This document shows, in pieces, positions 44,183 to 62,289 of a DNA stretch of 64,000 nt. Numbering within the stretch: the first letter of the stretch is position 1; every line of letters begins with the position of its first letter. The stretch comes from the human T2T-CHM13v2.0 reference genome, Homo sapiens. The stretch lies in assembly GCF_009914755.1 (NCBI RefSeq), contig NC_060930.1; one strand, written 5' to 3'. Below the pieces are notes generated by a model. That model saw only the letters and a list, made by a program, of their open reading frames with translations, was not told the DNA's origin and made no database searches. Position numbers and translations under genes: made by a program.

Positions 44183-45992
44183 CCTACTCATACAAAAAGG
44201 ATTGGAGCAGTTTATTGGTTCCTATTAGTGATTATGATCCATTTTTATAAACTATTATTCAAACCATCGGGAATGCAAAGCATTTTTTTCTCAAAGTCAA
44301 GCAGTAAATTGACAGCAAAAATGAAACAAAAGATCAGACCTCCTGAGTCATGGTCCAGAGCTTGTGATGTCAAGCATGTTGCTACTTAAAGGAAAGAATG
44401 TTTGTGTTTGATAATCTCATCACTTCTTAAAGCAATACCTGTTTGTTGACTGCGTTTTGCAAACTCTGCTATCCTTGGTCTTTTAGAGAACTCACAAGCT
44501 TTCCTGACATACAACTTTGACATTTAAAAATTGTTCTGCTATGTTTGAAGAAAACAAAGGATGCAAAGGTTCTCTAACAGTTGCATGAGTTCACTGAGAC
44601 AACACTCAAACTACAGCTCTGGGACCCTGAATGTATATACCCTTGATTTATATACCCTGGGTTCCACTTGGTTTGCCGAGTCGAGTGCTGTAAAACATCT
44701 ACATCTTGTTCTAAGAAGAATGAGGACATAACCTGGGTTGTTCTGGATACCTCCTCATTATCTTAGGATGTTGCATTCTTGGTAAATTCTGCCTGAGAAT
44801 TGCAAGCAAGCGGCAGCAGAGCTGGGTCAGCCAACATCATCTGGAAAGGGAATGACCCTGTATCATGAAATCTCATGCATAAGCTGTAGGAGCAGGAAAA
44901 AGTTAAATGGTAGAAGAGATCATAGTGTCTATCCAAGAGTGTTTGGGGGAAACTAGGGCCCAAGGGTGATATAATATTTGGTGGCTTGTACACAGAGTAT
45001 GGGGTAGAAGCTGAACAGAACTGTCACCCAAATTCAATGCTATTTCTTTATCTTTCCAAGCAAAAGTAGTATGTATGACAAAGAAAAGGGTGAGACAAGG
45101 GTAAGCTGTAGTCAGTTTTCCCCTCTTCTCTCCTCCCTTACTCTTCCCTTGCCTCCCCTTTCATCTCCTTCCTCTTCTGTTCTTTCCTCTCCTCTTGTCC
45201 CTTCCTCATCCCTCCCTTCCTATAAATTATGAAGAAATATGTATTGAGATGTGTTTTTAGAACTTCTTCTCAAAACAGGTCTGTATTTTTACTTCTGTGC
45301 ATTTGTGGAATTAACTGACTCCACTTAACAGTAAAATAAAACAGCCCTAAAAGAACATAAAGTTTATATTAAATGGTTATGAAAATAATGGGCACCTTGG
45401 CCCACTGAGATTGTGTTGAGTGAAGTTCAGTGACGATACTAAATAGGCCCCCTCCCACCTCACTAGGAGCCAATTGACAGATATGGAAGTCAGACAGAGG
45501 TAGGTATTTTGGTCTGCTTTTTTATTACTGAAGAGTAAACTGGAGGATGTGAACTGCCTGGCTGGCAACACTGGGCTTCCAAATAGACTTTCTGACTTAG
45601 TCATGAGCTGTATCTCTTAAGTCTATGGTCTGGCAGAAATTGGAAGAAAATCATGCACTCTGTGGGAAGGCATCCCAAAGAGAGTTCCAGAAGGGGCTGG
45701 AGAAGCACGTCCTGCTTCTTCTCCACAGTTGTCAGTCAGTTAAGTTTCTCCTCCTTCTATGGAGGAGTGAGTGATGAGCATGGTGTTGACTTATATATTG
45801 AGGTCCTTCTACCTGGAAGAGGGGAGGGGGACAATTGCTTTTCTGTTTCTAAACATATATTAGAGACTAAATGGTTAGGAAAAGATAATCCAATTTTCTT
45901 ATGATTGAAAGATAAGTTAAAGGTGTTTTGGTTTTGTCTATGTGTAATTGTTATTCACTGTTTAATTAAGACAAAAATTATATACTTTGAAT

Positions 45993-46143
45993 CAGTGATT
46001 CTCAAATTTAGTGTGCATTGGAATCATCTGGACAGCTTGTTATAATACAGATTCCTGGACTCTATTCTTGGACACTGAGTAGGAATGCCAAAAAAACGAA
46101 TGACTTAGGTGGTCTTGGGGCCATACTTTGAGTAACGCAATCT
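45993..46143. mobile_element. MER5A-like hAT MITE
   Basis: CAGTGATTCTCAAATTTAGTGTGCATTGGAATCATCTGG...CATACTTTGAGTAAC. Confidence 0.7.
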
Positions 46144-46390
46144 GTGAATGTTTTCCTCCTTATCCATCCATTTCTGAATTATTTTTGTATTGTGGGTCAT
46201 TACTTAGCCATTTCAAATTCAGTTATTAATCCTGATGATTGTTTACCAAATTACTATTATTAATACATATATTTGCTTACATGTTCATAGGGAAAATATG
46301 GGCATATATACATGAAACTGTAAATGATGGTTATCTTCTTGGCATGAGGTTACAGGAAAGGGTAGAGTTTTACACTCTTTCCTGCAGTGG

Positions 46391-48031
46391 TGTCACGGGA
46401 TCTTTAGGGTGTTTCTTTTCTAGCTGGAAAGTTCTGTGGCTAGTGGTGCCTTTGCCCAAGTTTTTACTCAGGCCTGCTGGGCTTGTTCCACCCTCTTGGC
46501 TTGGCAGGCTTCTCTCAGCTCGTGCTATTGGCCCAAATCTCATGCCCGCCAAGAGTGAGCCAGGCGCAGAGCAGTGAGGAGTTTGAGAGTGAGCATGGGC
46601 TCCAAACACTGTGCACAGCCAGGCACACTGGTGGATGCAGCAGGGCAGGCAACTCCAGGCACCAGCATGGGTGCCGGCTCCCTCTGAGGCTGAGGTTGGA
46701 CCAGGTGTACTGCAAGCAGCTTCCACAGCTGGCACTGGGGAATGTGGTGGTGCCTGGAAGCTTGGAGATGCCAGGAACCACAGAGCCCCAGAGAGGTTGT
46801 CACAGGAGCTGCCTTGTTCAGGGAGCTCCTAGGTCTGGGTTCCCCAAAGGGCTGCAGCTCTTCTCCCCTCTCCTTCTTGTCACCCACATTGAGGCGAGCA
46901 AGGGGCATGTTTCAGCCCTACTTGTGTTACAGCTCTTTTAGCCCTGCCATTTGGCAGGTCCCAAGTTCTCGTCCTGCGTCCAGGAAGAATGAAGTATGTG
47001 GATAAGTGGAGAGTGAGTAAGATGATGAGGAGCTTTACTGAGCAACAGAACAGCTCAGAGGAGACCCACAGTGGATAGGTCCTTTCTGCAGGTGGGGTGT
47101 CCTGATGAATGTCCAGCTTTCAGCAGAGGAGACTCTGGAGTGGGTAGCTCCTCTCCACAGCTGGTCATCCATCTCTCCTCCTCTCCTGGAGTCTGGCTGA
47201 GTTCAGGGCTTTTATTGGCTTCAGAGGGGAAGAAGTACGTGCTGATTGGTCCATGGGTGGCCATGAGTAGGCCTGGAAAAAGCACCATAAGTTCCCACTC
47301 TGGTCCATGGGACTGGCATCCCTCCCCTTAGGCTTTCAGGCTTTCCAGGGCTTGAAGCAGAGCTTCATCAAGGACCTGCCCCCTTCCACTCCCAGGAGCC
47401 TGTCTGCCTCCTGCCGCCATTCATGGCACCTATGCTGTTCCTGTCAAAGGGTGCCTGCAGGCCAGCATGGGTTGCCCTTAGCACCACCTCGGCCTCCTTC
47501 CTGTGCTCGTCACCCCCCAAAGTCCAGAGGGGGCTGAAGTGGCAAGGGACTGGTGCATCAGTGCTGCTCTGGGTGTGCACACATCTGGCTGGGCTGCAAC
47601 AGTGCCTGGCTCAGCCCCAACCTTGCTCCGAGATCAGAGTGGGTGCTAGGAGCAGGGAGAGGCCAGGCAGTGGGAGCAGACACTTCTGAGCCTGCAAGGG
47701 TAGGGGTTCCTTCCCAGGCCCCTGAGAGTGCAGAGATGCCTGGGTCCACAGCTGTGGCTTGGCAACTGCAGCTGTGCCTGGGAAGGCGGGACTCCTGCCT
47801 GTTCCTGGCCCCCAAGAGCACAGGGATGCCCAGGTCTGCAGACACGGCTGGGCAGCCACAGCTGCACCCAGGGAATGTGAAGCTCCTGCCCTGCCAACTC
47901 ATAAGGAGGTGGGGCTTCCACCTGTTTCCGGCTCCTGTCGGCTCTGTGGAGCACCCAGTCCCAGCTACACCTCCCACAGTGCAGCCAGCATCATGGCAGC
48001 AGCCACTCTAGATGGGTCACTGCTGCCATTG
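46391..48031 (-). mobile_element. MER52-family ERV1 solo LTR (~1.64 kb, GC-rich), inserted in an L1ME 3' fragment
   Basis: Begins TGTCACGGGATC on +; minus strand begins CAATGGCAGCAGTGACCCATCTAGAGTGGCTGCTGCCATGA, like the MER52 5' end; accounts for the dense ORF cluster. Confidence 0.88.
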
Positions 48032-48249
48032 CTGGCACATTTTTGCAGCTTTTATTGCATTAAACTAAAGATACTTCTATTTTGAAAATAGGCAGAAGAG
48101 AGGAAAGGAGGAAGAAAGAGAAAGTCAAGTTCTGAGTTTTCAAGGAAAAAGGGGAAATTATCTCTTCCCATTAAACTTTACTTGAATCTTGACACCACCT
48201 GTGACTACGATGTCTCTTCGTACAGCTGAACTGATTGACTTATGACACG

Positions 48250-48530
48250 TTCTTACTCAGCTCCACCTCACTCCTTCCAGCCTATTCTCCATACATCTCT
48301 CCATAATTTAAAATGTAAACCATATCACATTACTCCTTTGTCTAAAACCTCCAGTGACTTCCACTGCACTTAGCTAAAATCCAAATTTTTCATCTGAAGG
48401 TTTTGCATGATCCACCTTGCTAAATGTCTCTGTCTCACTCACCTCTATGTCCTCATAGCCTATACAGTACCTAGGCTAAAGTAGATGCTCAACAACTGTT
48501 GGTGAATTAAAGAATGAATGAGTGAATGAA
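48250..48530 (+). mobile_element. L2 fragments
   Basis: GTAGATGCTCAACAACTGTTGGTGAATTAAAGAATGAATGAGTGAATGAA tail. Confidence 0.65.
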
Positions 48531-48948
48531 TATCCCTTTCAGAGCTTGAAATGTATGTGTTGTTTAATTTCTTTCCAAAATGGACAACTGGTCTTTTCTA
48601 CTGGTGTTCATGAGACTCCAGGGGGCATATTCATTTCCCAGATTGTATCCTCTCCTAGTTGGACAGTTCTGATTTTTCATGGATCCGTAAAATCCAGCTA
48701 AGCTCTTCTCTGACACTAAGGTGAAGTGGCTATTAGGCAGTGCAGTGAGGAATGGACGGACTCTGCCCAAGTCTCAGGTTATCTGCCTTTCTAACTGGCT
48801 CAATGGTTTTCCAGATATTTTTGCTCAGGAATCACTCTGTCAGAACAAGGGAAGGACCCCGCGTGTCCATTCTCCTTCACCTTCCATCTGTGCTGGTTTG
48901 TACATGAAAAATAAAATTATCTACAAAGAATTTTAAAACTGTCTTCCG

Positions 48949-49193
48949 CAAGACCAGCTTGGCCAACATGGCGAAACCCTGTTTCTACTAAAAAATACAA
49001 AAACTACAGGTGGTGGGCACCTGTAGTCCCAGCTACTTGGGAGGCTGAGGCAGGAAGAATTACTTGAACCTGGGAGGTGGAGGTTGCAGTGATGCAGTGA
49101 GCCGAGATTGCACCACTGCACTCCAGCCTGGGTGACAGAGCAAAACTCTGTCTCAAAAACACAAAACAAAACAAAACAAAACAAAACAAAAAA
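48949..49193 (+). mobile_element. 5'-truncated AluS with (CAAAA)n tail
   Basis: Starts at CAAGACCAGC; TSD AAAACTGTCTTCCG / AAAACTGCCTTCTG. Confidence 0.93.
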
Positions 49194-49969
49194 ACTGCCT
49201 TCTGATATGCCACCAACAAGATATTCACATTGTTTCCTTTTTGTAGAATGTTGGAAGATATGAAATTAAAACTGGGATTTTCTAAGTAGTATCTGGAGTA
49301 AAAGCAATAAATGTTCTTGCTTCAAGATTTCCATTTGTGGTATCATTCACAAGAGAAATTTCCCCTTTTTGAAAAGTATTGGCTTTGATCCTATAACAAA
49401 ATTACTTTCAAGAAGTAGACTGTGTACTATATGAGGTGAATTAATTTTTACAGTGATGGAAATCAGCTCTTACAGGGCACCAGGGTATCGTTTAGTACAT
49501 TGGAAGAGGTAATTTTCTGAAGAGTGGTGTATTTATTGTCTACTAAGCTGAGCATTGAGGAGCAGATGCAGTGACTGGTGCACATCCCCCACCGAGTGTG
49601 CATGGAAAAACCGCCTAAATCACACATTGCACCTGGAGAATGCGGATGTCTCCAAAGGCTCCTTTACAGTAGAAGGAATTCTTACCATGGTTTTCTAGTT
49701 TGCTGAACTAGAGGGAAGAAAGTTAGGAGGAAGAACGGGAAAGCTGCCGAAGTGTGTCCTTAGCAGAATGAGTGGTTATTTATCTTTACCACCTCATGAA
49801 TTTTTATTTCAAGGTTTAAAATTTTCCACAATTTACTGAAGTAGAAAAAGAATAGAGCTCTATTGGGTTAAGCAAAGTAAATCCAAAGACATATAGAAAC
49901 TTCAAGGAATTGATGGTTTAACCAGGTTTTGGTGTGGCATTGGTGCTGGACAGTGTGGCCTTTATGTAA

Positions 49970-50308
<339 letters not shown>

Positions 50309-51486
50309 TAACAATGTAAATTCTCTTGTGGAAACAACCAGCCAGATACCAATGACTTTTGCTGCTCAGCAGATGCTATGGTGGATCCCACGCTGCTGAG
50401 TGTCAGCTTCATGTATCAGTTGGAGTGAGCAGTCAGTGCTGTGATGTCAAAGGGATGCTCCCAGAGCTATTCTAGAGAGTCAGAAAGCTGACTTCTCTGG
50501 AAAAAGTCACATCAGGACCCAGAGCAAGGAAACAGGTACCAGAATATCTGAGCTCCAAGGTAGCTTAAGCAGATTTTATGAGTACTTCTTTTTTTTCTTG
50601 CTACTGTTTTAACTGGGTTTAGGGCTTTTCCCTGGAGTGCCTATCTTAAAGATGGGGGTGCTGAGCCTAGAAAATTGAGAAAGGGATATCTGATTCATTC
50701 TGTTGAGGGCCTATGGCTCTTAGGCTCAAGAGAAACCAAAGGCGCAGCAGACATTCTAGCCTCATCATCTCCTTTGATGAGTAGTTCCTGGTAGCTCTGT
50801 TTGCTGAGCCCATTTCTTAACCCTTGTGACCTCTTGAGGAAGTATATCATGACTATCACTGAACTGCCTCCTATTGGCTACTGCTATCCCTCCAGATTTC
50901 TACACTTTACATATTAACTTACCTCAGCAAGTATCAGAATTTCATACAATATCCACTATGGTACGTCTCATTAGAGGTACAAATATACTCAGTAAATCGT
51001 GGGAGAGCATAAGCAGAAAAACTGGGAGGATCTGGGAAATTATCTTGGGACAAAGGTGAAGACAGATTTTTTGCTAAAAAACCTAAAAAATATTGTTTTA
51101 GCTTGAAACTATTCTAATGCTAATTTGCATTCTAATCCTTCATATAACTATGTTTAATTACCAAAAAAATAATGTTTTCTACAGAAAGTTTGAGAGAAAT
51201 GAATAATCCGGGAAGATGCTCCATGCTTATCCCTAATGCCTGAACTCTTGACACTCTTGCACACCCTCTGGGGCACACCTGCCTATCTGAGAAACATGGA
51301 TGTGCTTATAGTCTTCATTGCTCTGGCTGTGTTTTATCCCATGTAGTCTTTCACAGGTCTAGATAAAGGAATGCAGAATTGCAATGACTGTATAAACACC
51401 AGGCACGTACAGTGTCTGCAGTGTCTCGTCCCTCCCTATCTAGGTAAGAGGGGGAAAGAGGATCAGTGACACCAATGGAGATTTAA

Positions 51487-51895
<409 letters not shown>

Positions 51896-51983
51896 TTATA
51901 TAGTGTTTTTGCAGCTTCCTGAACTTCTCAGTGGCAGCCTATAAATATAATCTACACTGACTGTATATAAGACTTTAAATTTC

Positions 51984-53100
<1,117 letters not shown>

Positions 53101-54004
53101 TTATACAATTGCACCATTTCCTCAATATAGTTTATATCCAAAGCTTTCATAGTTTAATGTTGTTTTGGGTTATTTCCATAAAGTTATAATTTTTATATCC
53201 CATTAAAAAACATATATGAATGTTTATGATGTTCCAATACAGAAACTAATTATGATTAATGAGAAGTGTTACAAGTCATATAGTTCTCTTCATTCAACTT
53301 TTTAATAAAAGAAAGAAAAAAATATGCTTGGTATTATTTCCTGTGAATAGAGAAATGCAGAAAATTTATGCCAATATGCCTATTTTTACAACATTGTGTC
53401 TTGGGATACCCAGTAAGCTTCAATTATTACAGGTATTTTCATTTAAGAGTGTCTTTTTAATTAAATGACAGCAATCACAGTATCAAGAAAACCCAACCTT
53501 GCCAATACCAGCTTATGAATGAGCTCAATGATATGCAAGAGGTAAGTGGGGTCACTTCATTCCAGTATATAGTCGATTTGTGTTTTTTTTTTCCCAAAGA
53601 ATAATTAGCATTGTATATAGATGCGCATTCACAGACACCATGAAAAAAGCACCAAACAATTGAGAGAACTGTTTTTTCCCCTAAGGCTGTATTGGCCTAA
53701 GCATGTATTTGCCAATATTTTATGCCCTCGTCATCCATCCACACTTTGCACAAGCAATTTCCTCTACTGAAATGCTTTTTCCATTTGTCCTCATAGAAAA
53801 CTCTCATTTAACGTCTCTTATTTGCTTTCCCTGGCCCCTCTCCCTAGGCAGAAATGATTGTTCATTTCCCTATATATGTAATATTTCTAATACACTTTGA
53901 AATATTCCTAATACAGCTCTTTATTATAGTCCATTTTAGTTATTGGCTAATAGGCCTCTCCCCTAAGCAGGAACTTAATGAAGACAAAGGCTTGTTTAGT
54001 CATA

Positions 54005-55241
54005 TTTTTTCTTGCTTTTTTTATGTGCCTTGTTATTTTTGATTGAATGTCAGACACTGTGTATAAAATAACAGAAGAGACTGCACTCAATAGTATTAAC
54101 ACCTAGAAATGAACACACTTCTTGTTCTGTGAGGCCATTATTGTAGGTGGTTGACTCAGTCTAGTCTGTAGTTATGTTGGGCCTGGGTTTTGTTGTTATT
54201 ATAATTAATCTTTGTGTTTCTTGGACTTCGAATTCTTCCAGCAGTGGGCTACTCTTACCTTGTGCTCAGTGTGGGTCTGGGAAGCTGAAGGCTATTTCCT
54301 AGTGTTTCTACTCCATCCTTATATTTCAGCAGCCCTTGCACACTGCAGCCATTCTTACCCTTCTTCCAGCAATAGATTGCCTTCACTTGTTACTAAGTAC
54401 TCAGCCCATGTTAGGGCCAGTGGTGTGAGGAGTTCCTCAGTTCTCATGATCCATCCTCAGTCTCAGGATGGTCCTGTGAGCCTGGACCTTGAGGGTAAGG
54501 CTTTCTCACCATTTCTGTTCCTTTTTCCCCTTCTCTTTACCATGGTAGCCAAAACTCAGGTAGGAGTTTTGTGGTCTTGGAGTAGCAGATGTCTTTTTGG
54601 TATCAGTGCAGGATTTTAGGTCCATGAGCATTTCCTACACCCCTCCACACATGACAGGAATTTTGCTTTTATTCTTCCCCCAAAATCATTGGATCTTTGG
54701 CTCTGCCATGGAACAGGAGGATTGCCTACCCTTCCCCTAGCAGCTTAAGGCTTTTTCTTCACATACAAGAAGCATCTGGGGAAGAGGAGGAGCTGCTGCA
54801 TTGACTCAAGTGGCAGCCAGTTACCTCCTGCATGGTTGTGCTATTGCCCCCAGACTTCTCCCTGGCCCTCAATCTTGTTCATAATCATGCAGTAGAGAGT
54901 TGCAGGTGTGTGTGAATCCTCCTCATGTCTGGGGCTCCTGATTTTTTTTAATTGTGATGCTAACACACACTCAGTCTTTAAGAATTCATAAAACATAAGC
55001 CACTTTCTTATTACCAAGTTTCCCCATATCCTGCCAACAGCAGAACAGTTTATGTAGCCCATCTTTCCTTGGAGGGAACTGCTGTCTTTGGAATTCAACT
55101 CACTTGGTTGCCTTGGGACTTTGGCTCTCTGATGGACTCCAGAAAATGTATAATTTTGTAGGTTATCTGCCTCTTTTTATGGTTAAGGTGAGAGTAATAT
55201 TCTTTTGTGGCTTTCTACATATCAAGTGGAAGTGGAACTCC
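54005..55241 (-). mobile_element. Old L1M (MC/MD-like) 5'-end fragment within L2 remnants
   Basis: TCTTGCTTTTTTATGTGCCTTGTTATTTTTGATTGAATGTCAGACA ... GCTTTCTACATATCAAGTGGAAGTGGAACTCC. Confidence 0.65.
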
Positions 55242-55385
55242 TTAAGTATAATCACTAACTGCCCCAGGGCCCAGCAGAAGGCTGGGATATAGGAGATACT
55301 TCTTCAATTGTATTGAGCCACATTTATCCTCATGCAAAAAATCCACAGTCACATTGCAGGGAAATAATTCAACATTTTTCTTTAA

Positions 55386-55622
<237 letters not shown>

Positions 55623-56566
55623 TAACTTTATTTTTTTTCAGAGCTCAGAAATTAAATGGCAGCAAATTTTAAGCTTTATCCAATTATTTTTAATCCTTCA
55701 GTCATCCTAAGAAATTAACCTGTCACAAATAAACATATTGGGTCATTTTTAAGGCAAATCTGAGCTGATTCTTTTTACTTGTTGCCTGAAACAAAAATTC
55801 AGATAAAATAACTATGACAGCTTATGACAGAAGTACTATTGAACTATCTTTCTTGCCAATATTAAAAAGAAGAAAATTCTTTTAAAATGTGCAACTGAAA
55901 AAGTCACCTTATCCTGGCCCCCTGTGGAGATCCTGCTGGAGTAGTGAGCCGTGAGGCTGCTCACGGGGCTTTGCATATTGTCCTGCTGGTGTTTCTGGCT
56001 CATGATGGAGATGGGGGAAGGGAACAGCCTATTTGCAGTGTTGAAAAAAAATCAATTTTCATCTTCAAAAGATGAAACTACCAAGCAAGATATTGAATTA
56101 GAAATAAAGTGTTTCTTAAAGACTTCTCATATCCTATAAATGTCATACCCAAACCTAAGAGTTTGGTGATTTAAAGTTTACTGCTAATTTCAGACAAACA
56201 TGCAGGTAGCTCTGCCTCAAAAAAACAAAAAAAAACTAGCTAATGTATGAGTTTATTGCAGATTTTGTTGCATCTACAACTAGTGTCAGAACCTTCAAAA
56301 CCAGTCATATTTTTTGTTGATAGGCATAAACTTGATCCCTATTTATTTTCCATCCCAAGGTTTTATTCTTCTTTGTCTCATACGTAAATGATTTCCAAGT
56401 TTTTATGACAAATTTCATATAACTAGGTTTGATATACTTTCAAATGCAGCTTTTGCAATATATAATATCCGTATCATCTGAACTTTAATAAGGAGTACGT
56501 TTTTAATCAGTTGGGGGAGATCTTTAGTTCTTGTCTGGCCTTGAAGGCCCAATGCAGACTAGCTGA

Positions 56567-57074
<508 letters not shown>

Positions 57075-57649
57075 TGAGTTTATCCTGACTTGAGGCATAC
57101 ATCTGGTTACTATTTTAGGAAGAGAAAAAAGAGTGGCAGGACAAAAGGAGAAATGATGGGAGAGACTGAGATTACTATTTTTTAAAAAGGAGATTCAGCA
57201 TTACCTGAAGGGGCTATTAACACTGTTGGATCAGACTAAGCTTTAAACTGGATAGGAATATAAAATGTTTTCCACCATTAACCCATTGAGCAGAGCTTGT
57301 GAGGCAAACAGATTAGCTGTAGATAAAATAACGAAATTACTTCTTTTCCTCTGAATATTAGTATGGCATTATGAGTTAAATTTACAACCCTACAACACAT
57401 ATTTGAGAAACTACTATTGCTAGAAACTGCAAGAAATAAAAGAGAATTTGGTTTCTGCTTCAATGAGGCTGTTCACAAATGGAAAATTATCTGAAATTAT
57501 CTTCTGTCCCCTAACTACCACCCACCCCCGTTCCTCCTTACTTCTGCATCCATTTTTTCTTGCCTTGGTAAATATCACTTACATGGAGAATATAGGGAAT
57601 ATTTTTGAATAACCACAGTAATAATAAATGCTTTCTTTGCACCAGACAT

Positions 57650-57800
57650 TGTACATGCAATTTACGTATATTATTTTATTCCTTATGATAATCCTGCAAA
57701 AAAGCAGTTTTCAGACTTGTAAAGATTTTATAGTTGCTTATACGGAGACCCAGGAAGATCAAGTCATGCTCCATTTCAGATGAGGTTTCAGAGGCAGTCT
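57650..57800 (-). mobile_element. MIR remnant
   Basis: TTTATTCCTTATGATAATCCTGC and CCATTTCAGATGAGG motifs. Confidence 0.5.
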
Positions 57801-57820
57801 GTATGCCAGGCCTGCCTGGG

Positions 57821-57859
57821 GCCCAGGCCCAGGCCCAGGTCCAGGCCCAGGCCCCGGCC
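57821..57859. repeat. (GCCCAG)n hexamer tandem repeat, ~6 units
   Basis: GCCCAGGCCCAGGCCCAGGTCCAGGCCCAGGCCCCGGCC. Confidence 0.9.
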
Positions 57860-57919
57860 CTCACATTTTGCAAAGCTGTTGTTTGACTTTAGTCATCTCC
57901 TACTTTTATAGGGTGTGGG

Positions 57920-58170
57920 GGTTAAGAGCAAGGACTTTGTGGCTCAATACTCTGGATTTGAATGTTAACTCTACTGTGGCTAGAGCTTATCTTTGGTGCA
58001 TGACCTAACCTCTCCTTCCCAAGAACCTTCACCTATAAAATGGGATAATAGCAGTACATGTGACATAAAGTCATCATAAGGATTCCAAGAAAGAGGTGGG
58101 CGGAGGGCTTACGGCAGCACCTGGCTTGTTATAATCGCTGTATAACAGCTCCATGCTATTATTTCATATT
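57920..58170 (+). mobile_element. MIR
   Basis: GGTTAAGAGCAAGGACTTTG...CTGGATTTGAAT...CCTATAAAATGGGATAATAGCAGTAC. Confidence 0.72.
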
Positions 58171-58199
58171 TATAATTAATTTTCAGATCTGCCTTACTT

Positions 58200-58860
58200 C
58201 TTCTGTCATTTCCTTTCACTTAGACTTTGCTAGTAGCCTCTCATTTGGCCTCCATAATTCCAGCCTCACCTCTCTGCAGACTTTCCTTGACATAACTAAA
58301 AACTAGCATTTCTAAAATTCAGAATGGATCATGTCATGCCCTTGCTGAAAGCCTTTTAACTTTCAGGCCCAAATACAAAGTCCTTAATGGAGTATCCTGT
58401 GTCCCCCATAACCTGTCCCCTGCCTACCAATTAAGTTTTATTTCTCTCCACTTGCCCTTACACATACTGTGTTCCAACCACAGGGAATCATTTCCATTTC
58501 CTGAACAGATCATGCAGTTGCACAAACTGTTCCCTCTGTCCAGAATGCCTTTGCTGGCCCAATTTGCTTGACAAACTCCTATGCATTCCTCAAAGCCAGG
58601 AGCAGCAACGTTTCCTCCTCCAAGGAGTCTTTCTTATATCCCTATATGCTCTAAGAAGGGTGCCCTTTCTAGTTGCCTGTATAATGTTTTGAATGTACCT
58701 GGGTCATAGCCCTTACCACATGGCATTGAAGCTAATTGTCTGGTAGTGTTTTCCCACTAAATTTGTAGGTTCCTAGGAGCAATTGTATTGCCTTATTCTT
58801 CATTTTTTTCAGGGTTCAGCACAAGGGAGGCACTCAGTAAGTTATTAGCCAATGAATGTG
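58200..58860 (+). mobile_element. L2
   Basis: GATCATGTCATGCCCTTGCTGAAAGCC, TGTTCCCTCTGTCCAGAATGCC, GGCACTCAGTAAGTTATT...AATGAATG tail. Confidence 0.72.
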
Positions 58861-59444
58861 GAGAGTAAACATGGTTTCCTGGTGTATCTTTAGAACCTCA
58901 GTAGAGAAAGTCATTTCTTCCTAGATGATTTTCAACAACAGGCCACTAGAGACTTAGGCATCTGGCTTTTTTTTTTTTTCCCCAGATTGGTCTGCTGAAG
59001 ACCCACCAGAGTCCCAAGGTGAAAACAACAATTATCCTCTGTTGGTTACTTCAGCTAATGGCGGGAGTCATGTATGTTGGGTGCCTAAAAGCATCAGACA
59101 GCAATAAACTTAAAATGATACTACCTTTTTGTCCCAGAGTAGTCAATGATTAAATAACAAACTAATTGACCACATTCAACATATAATAGGGAATCAATGC
59201 ATTATTTTGAAAACTGGTTAAATAGAAGTACAGAATCTAGCATTTCTCTTACCTTTTCTGTACAGACTGCACCAGGGGTAATCACCTAGTAGAGGAGGGT
59301 GATTGCCTCTTTATGAAAGTATTCCAATCAGTAAATGAAAATTAAATGATAAAATTTTAGTATCACTGTTTTGTAATTCTGATGAGTTAGTAGATCTAGT
59401 ACTGAGTATCCAGAGTGCTAACATCACAAAAACAGAGATAACCA

Positions 59445-59750
<306 letters not shown>

Positions 59751-59759
59751 TTATCATTT

Positions 59760-60232
59760 GTCTCCTGAGGAATGAAGCACAGCAAAAACCTACATTCTGG
59801 CCAAAGGGATTAGACCTGAGTCTGATCAAGCCTCTGGATCCCATTGCCAATTTGCAGAAAATTCAGAGGAACATAGAACCGCGGGCTGAGTGTGCAACCT
59901 GGGAAACACTCTACAGGACAAATGACCCAGGTTCTTCAATAGACAAACGAAAGAAAAGAAAGCAATAGAGGGAGTTGTAGATAAAAGGAGACTTAACACA
60001 TCAAATTTTAAAAAATAGGCCAGTCTAAACTGAAGTGTCCAGGAGTTTTTCTATATAAAACTCTAAAACACAAGGAAGTGATTTCTGTAAAAGGATTGTA
60101 GCAAAAGTTCTGTTTTTCTGCATGATGGTTACAAAGTATTAGCTTTATAATAAACTCTTTATGCAGTTCTGTGTGGCTTCTGTATCTATTTAATTTTGAA
60201 ATAAATATGATAAAAGTGTTCTTTAAAAAAAT
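59760..60232 (+). mobile_element. L1MC-type 3' end fragments
   Basis: ACCTGAGTCTGATCAAGCCTCTGGATCC...CTACAGGACAAATGACCCAGGTTCTTCAA. Confidence 0.65.
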
Positions 60233-60245
60233 GATTGTGCAAGGC

Positions 60246-60628
60246 TGTATTCTTCTGCTGGGTTGCAATAACAATATGCTACAAACTGGGTGGACTAAAA
60301 CACAGAAGTTTATTTGTTCACAGTTCTGGAGGTGGGAAGTCAGAGATCATGGTGCCAGCAGGGTTGGTTTCTCCTGAGGCCTTTGTCCTTGGCTTGCTGA
60401 CGGCAGCCCTCTTGCTGTGTCCTCACATGGCCTTTGCTCTGTATGCAAACATTCCTTGTGTCTTTTCCTCTTCTTATAAGGACACCAGTCATATTGGATT
60501 AGGGCCCCACCCATAGGACCTCACTTAGCGTTAATTACCTCCTTAAAGGTCCCATTTCCAGATAAAGTCACATTTGGGGCTAGGACTCAACATATGAATT
60601 TCGAGGTGACACAATTCAGCCCGTAACA
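60246..60628 (-). mobile_element. MLT1B MaLR LTR
   Basis: TGTATT...CTTCTTATAAGGACACCAGTCATATTGGATTAGGGCCC...ACAATTCAGCCCGTAACA; 5-bp TSD AAGGC/AAAGC. Confidence 0.92.
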
Positions 60629-60714
60629 AAAGCCAGTGTTTCCCTTAACTATTTTCACTACTGTCTAAGACAAGATTGACCTTGCAAAATATTAAAAAGT
60701 GCCCCAATGGAGGA

Positions 60715-62285
<1,571 letters not shown>

Positions 62286-62289
62286 CATG

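Noticed and set aside
46239-48085. Dense cluster of overlapping 70-150 aa ORFs on both strands
   Set aside because: Falls in the GC-rich MER52-type LTR, where stop codons are rare; no protein motifs
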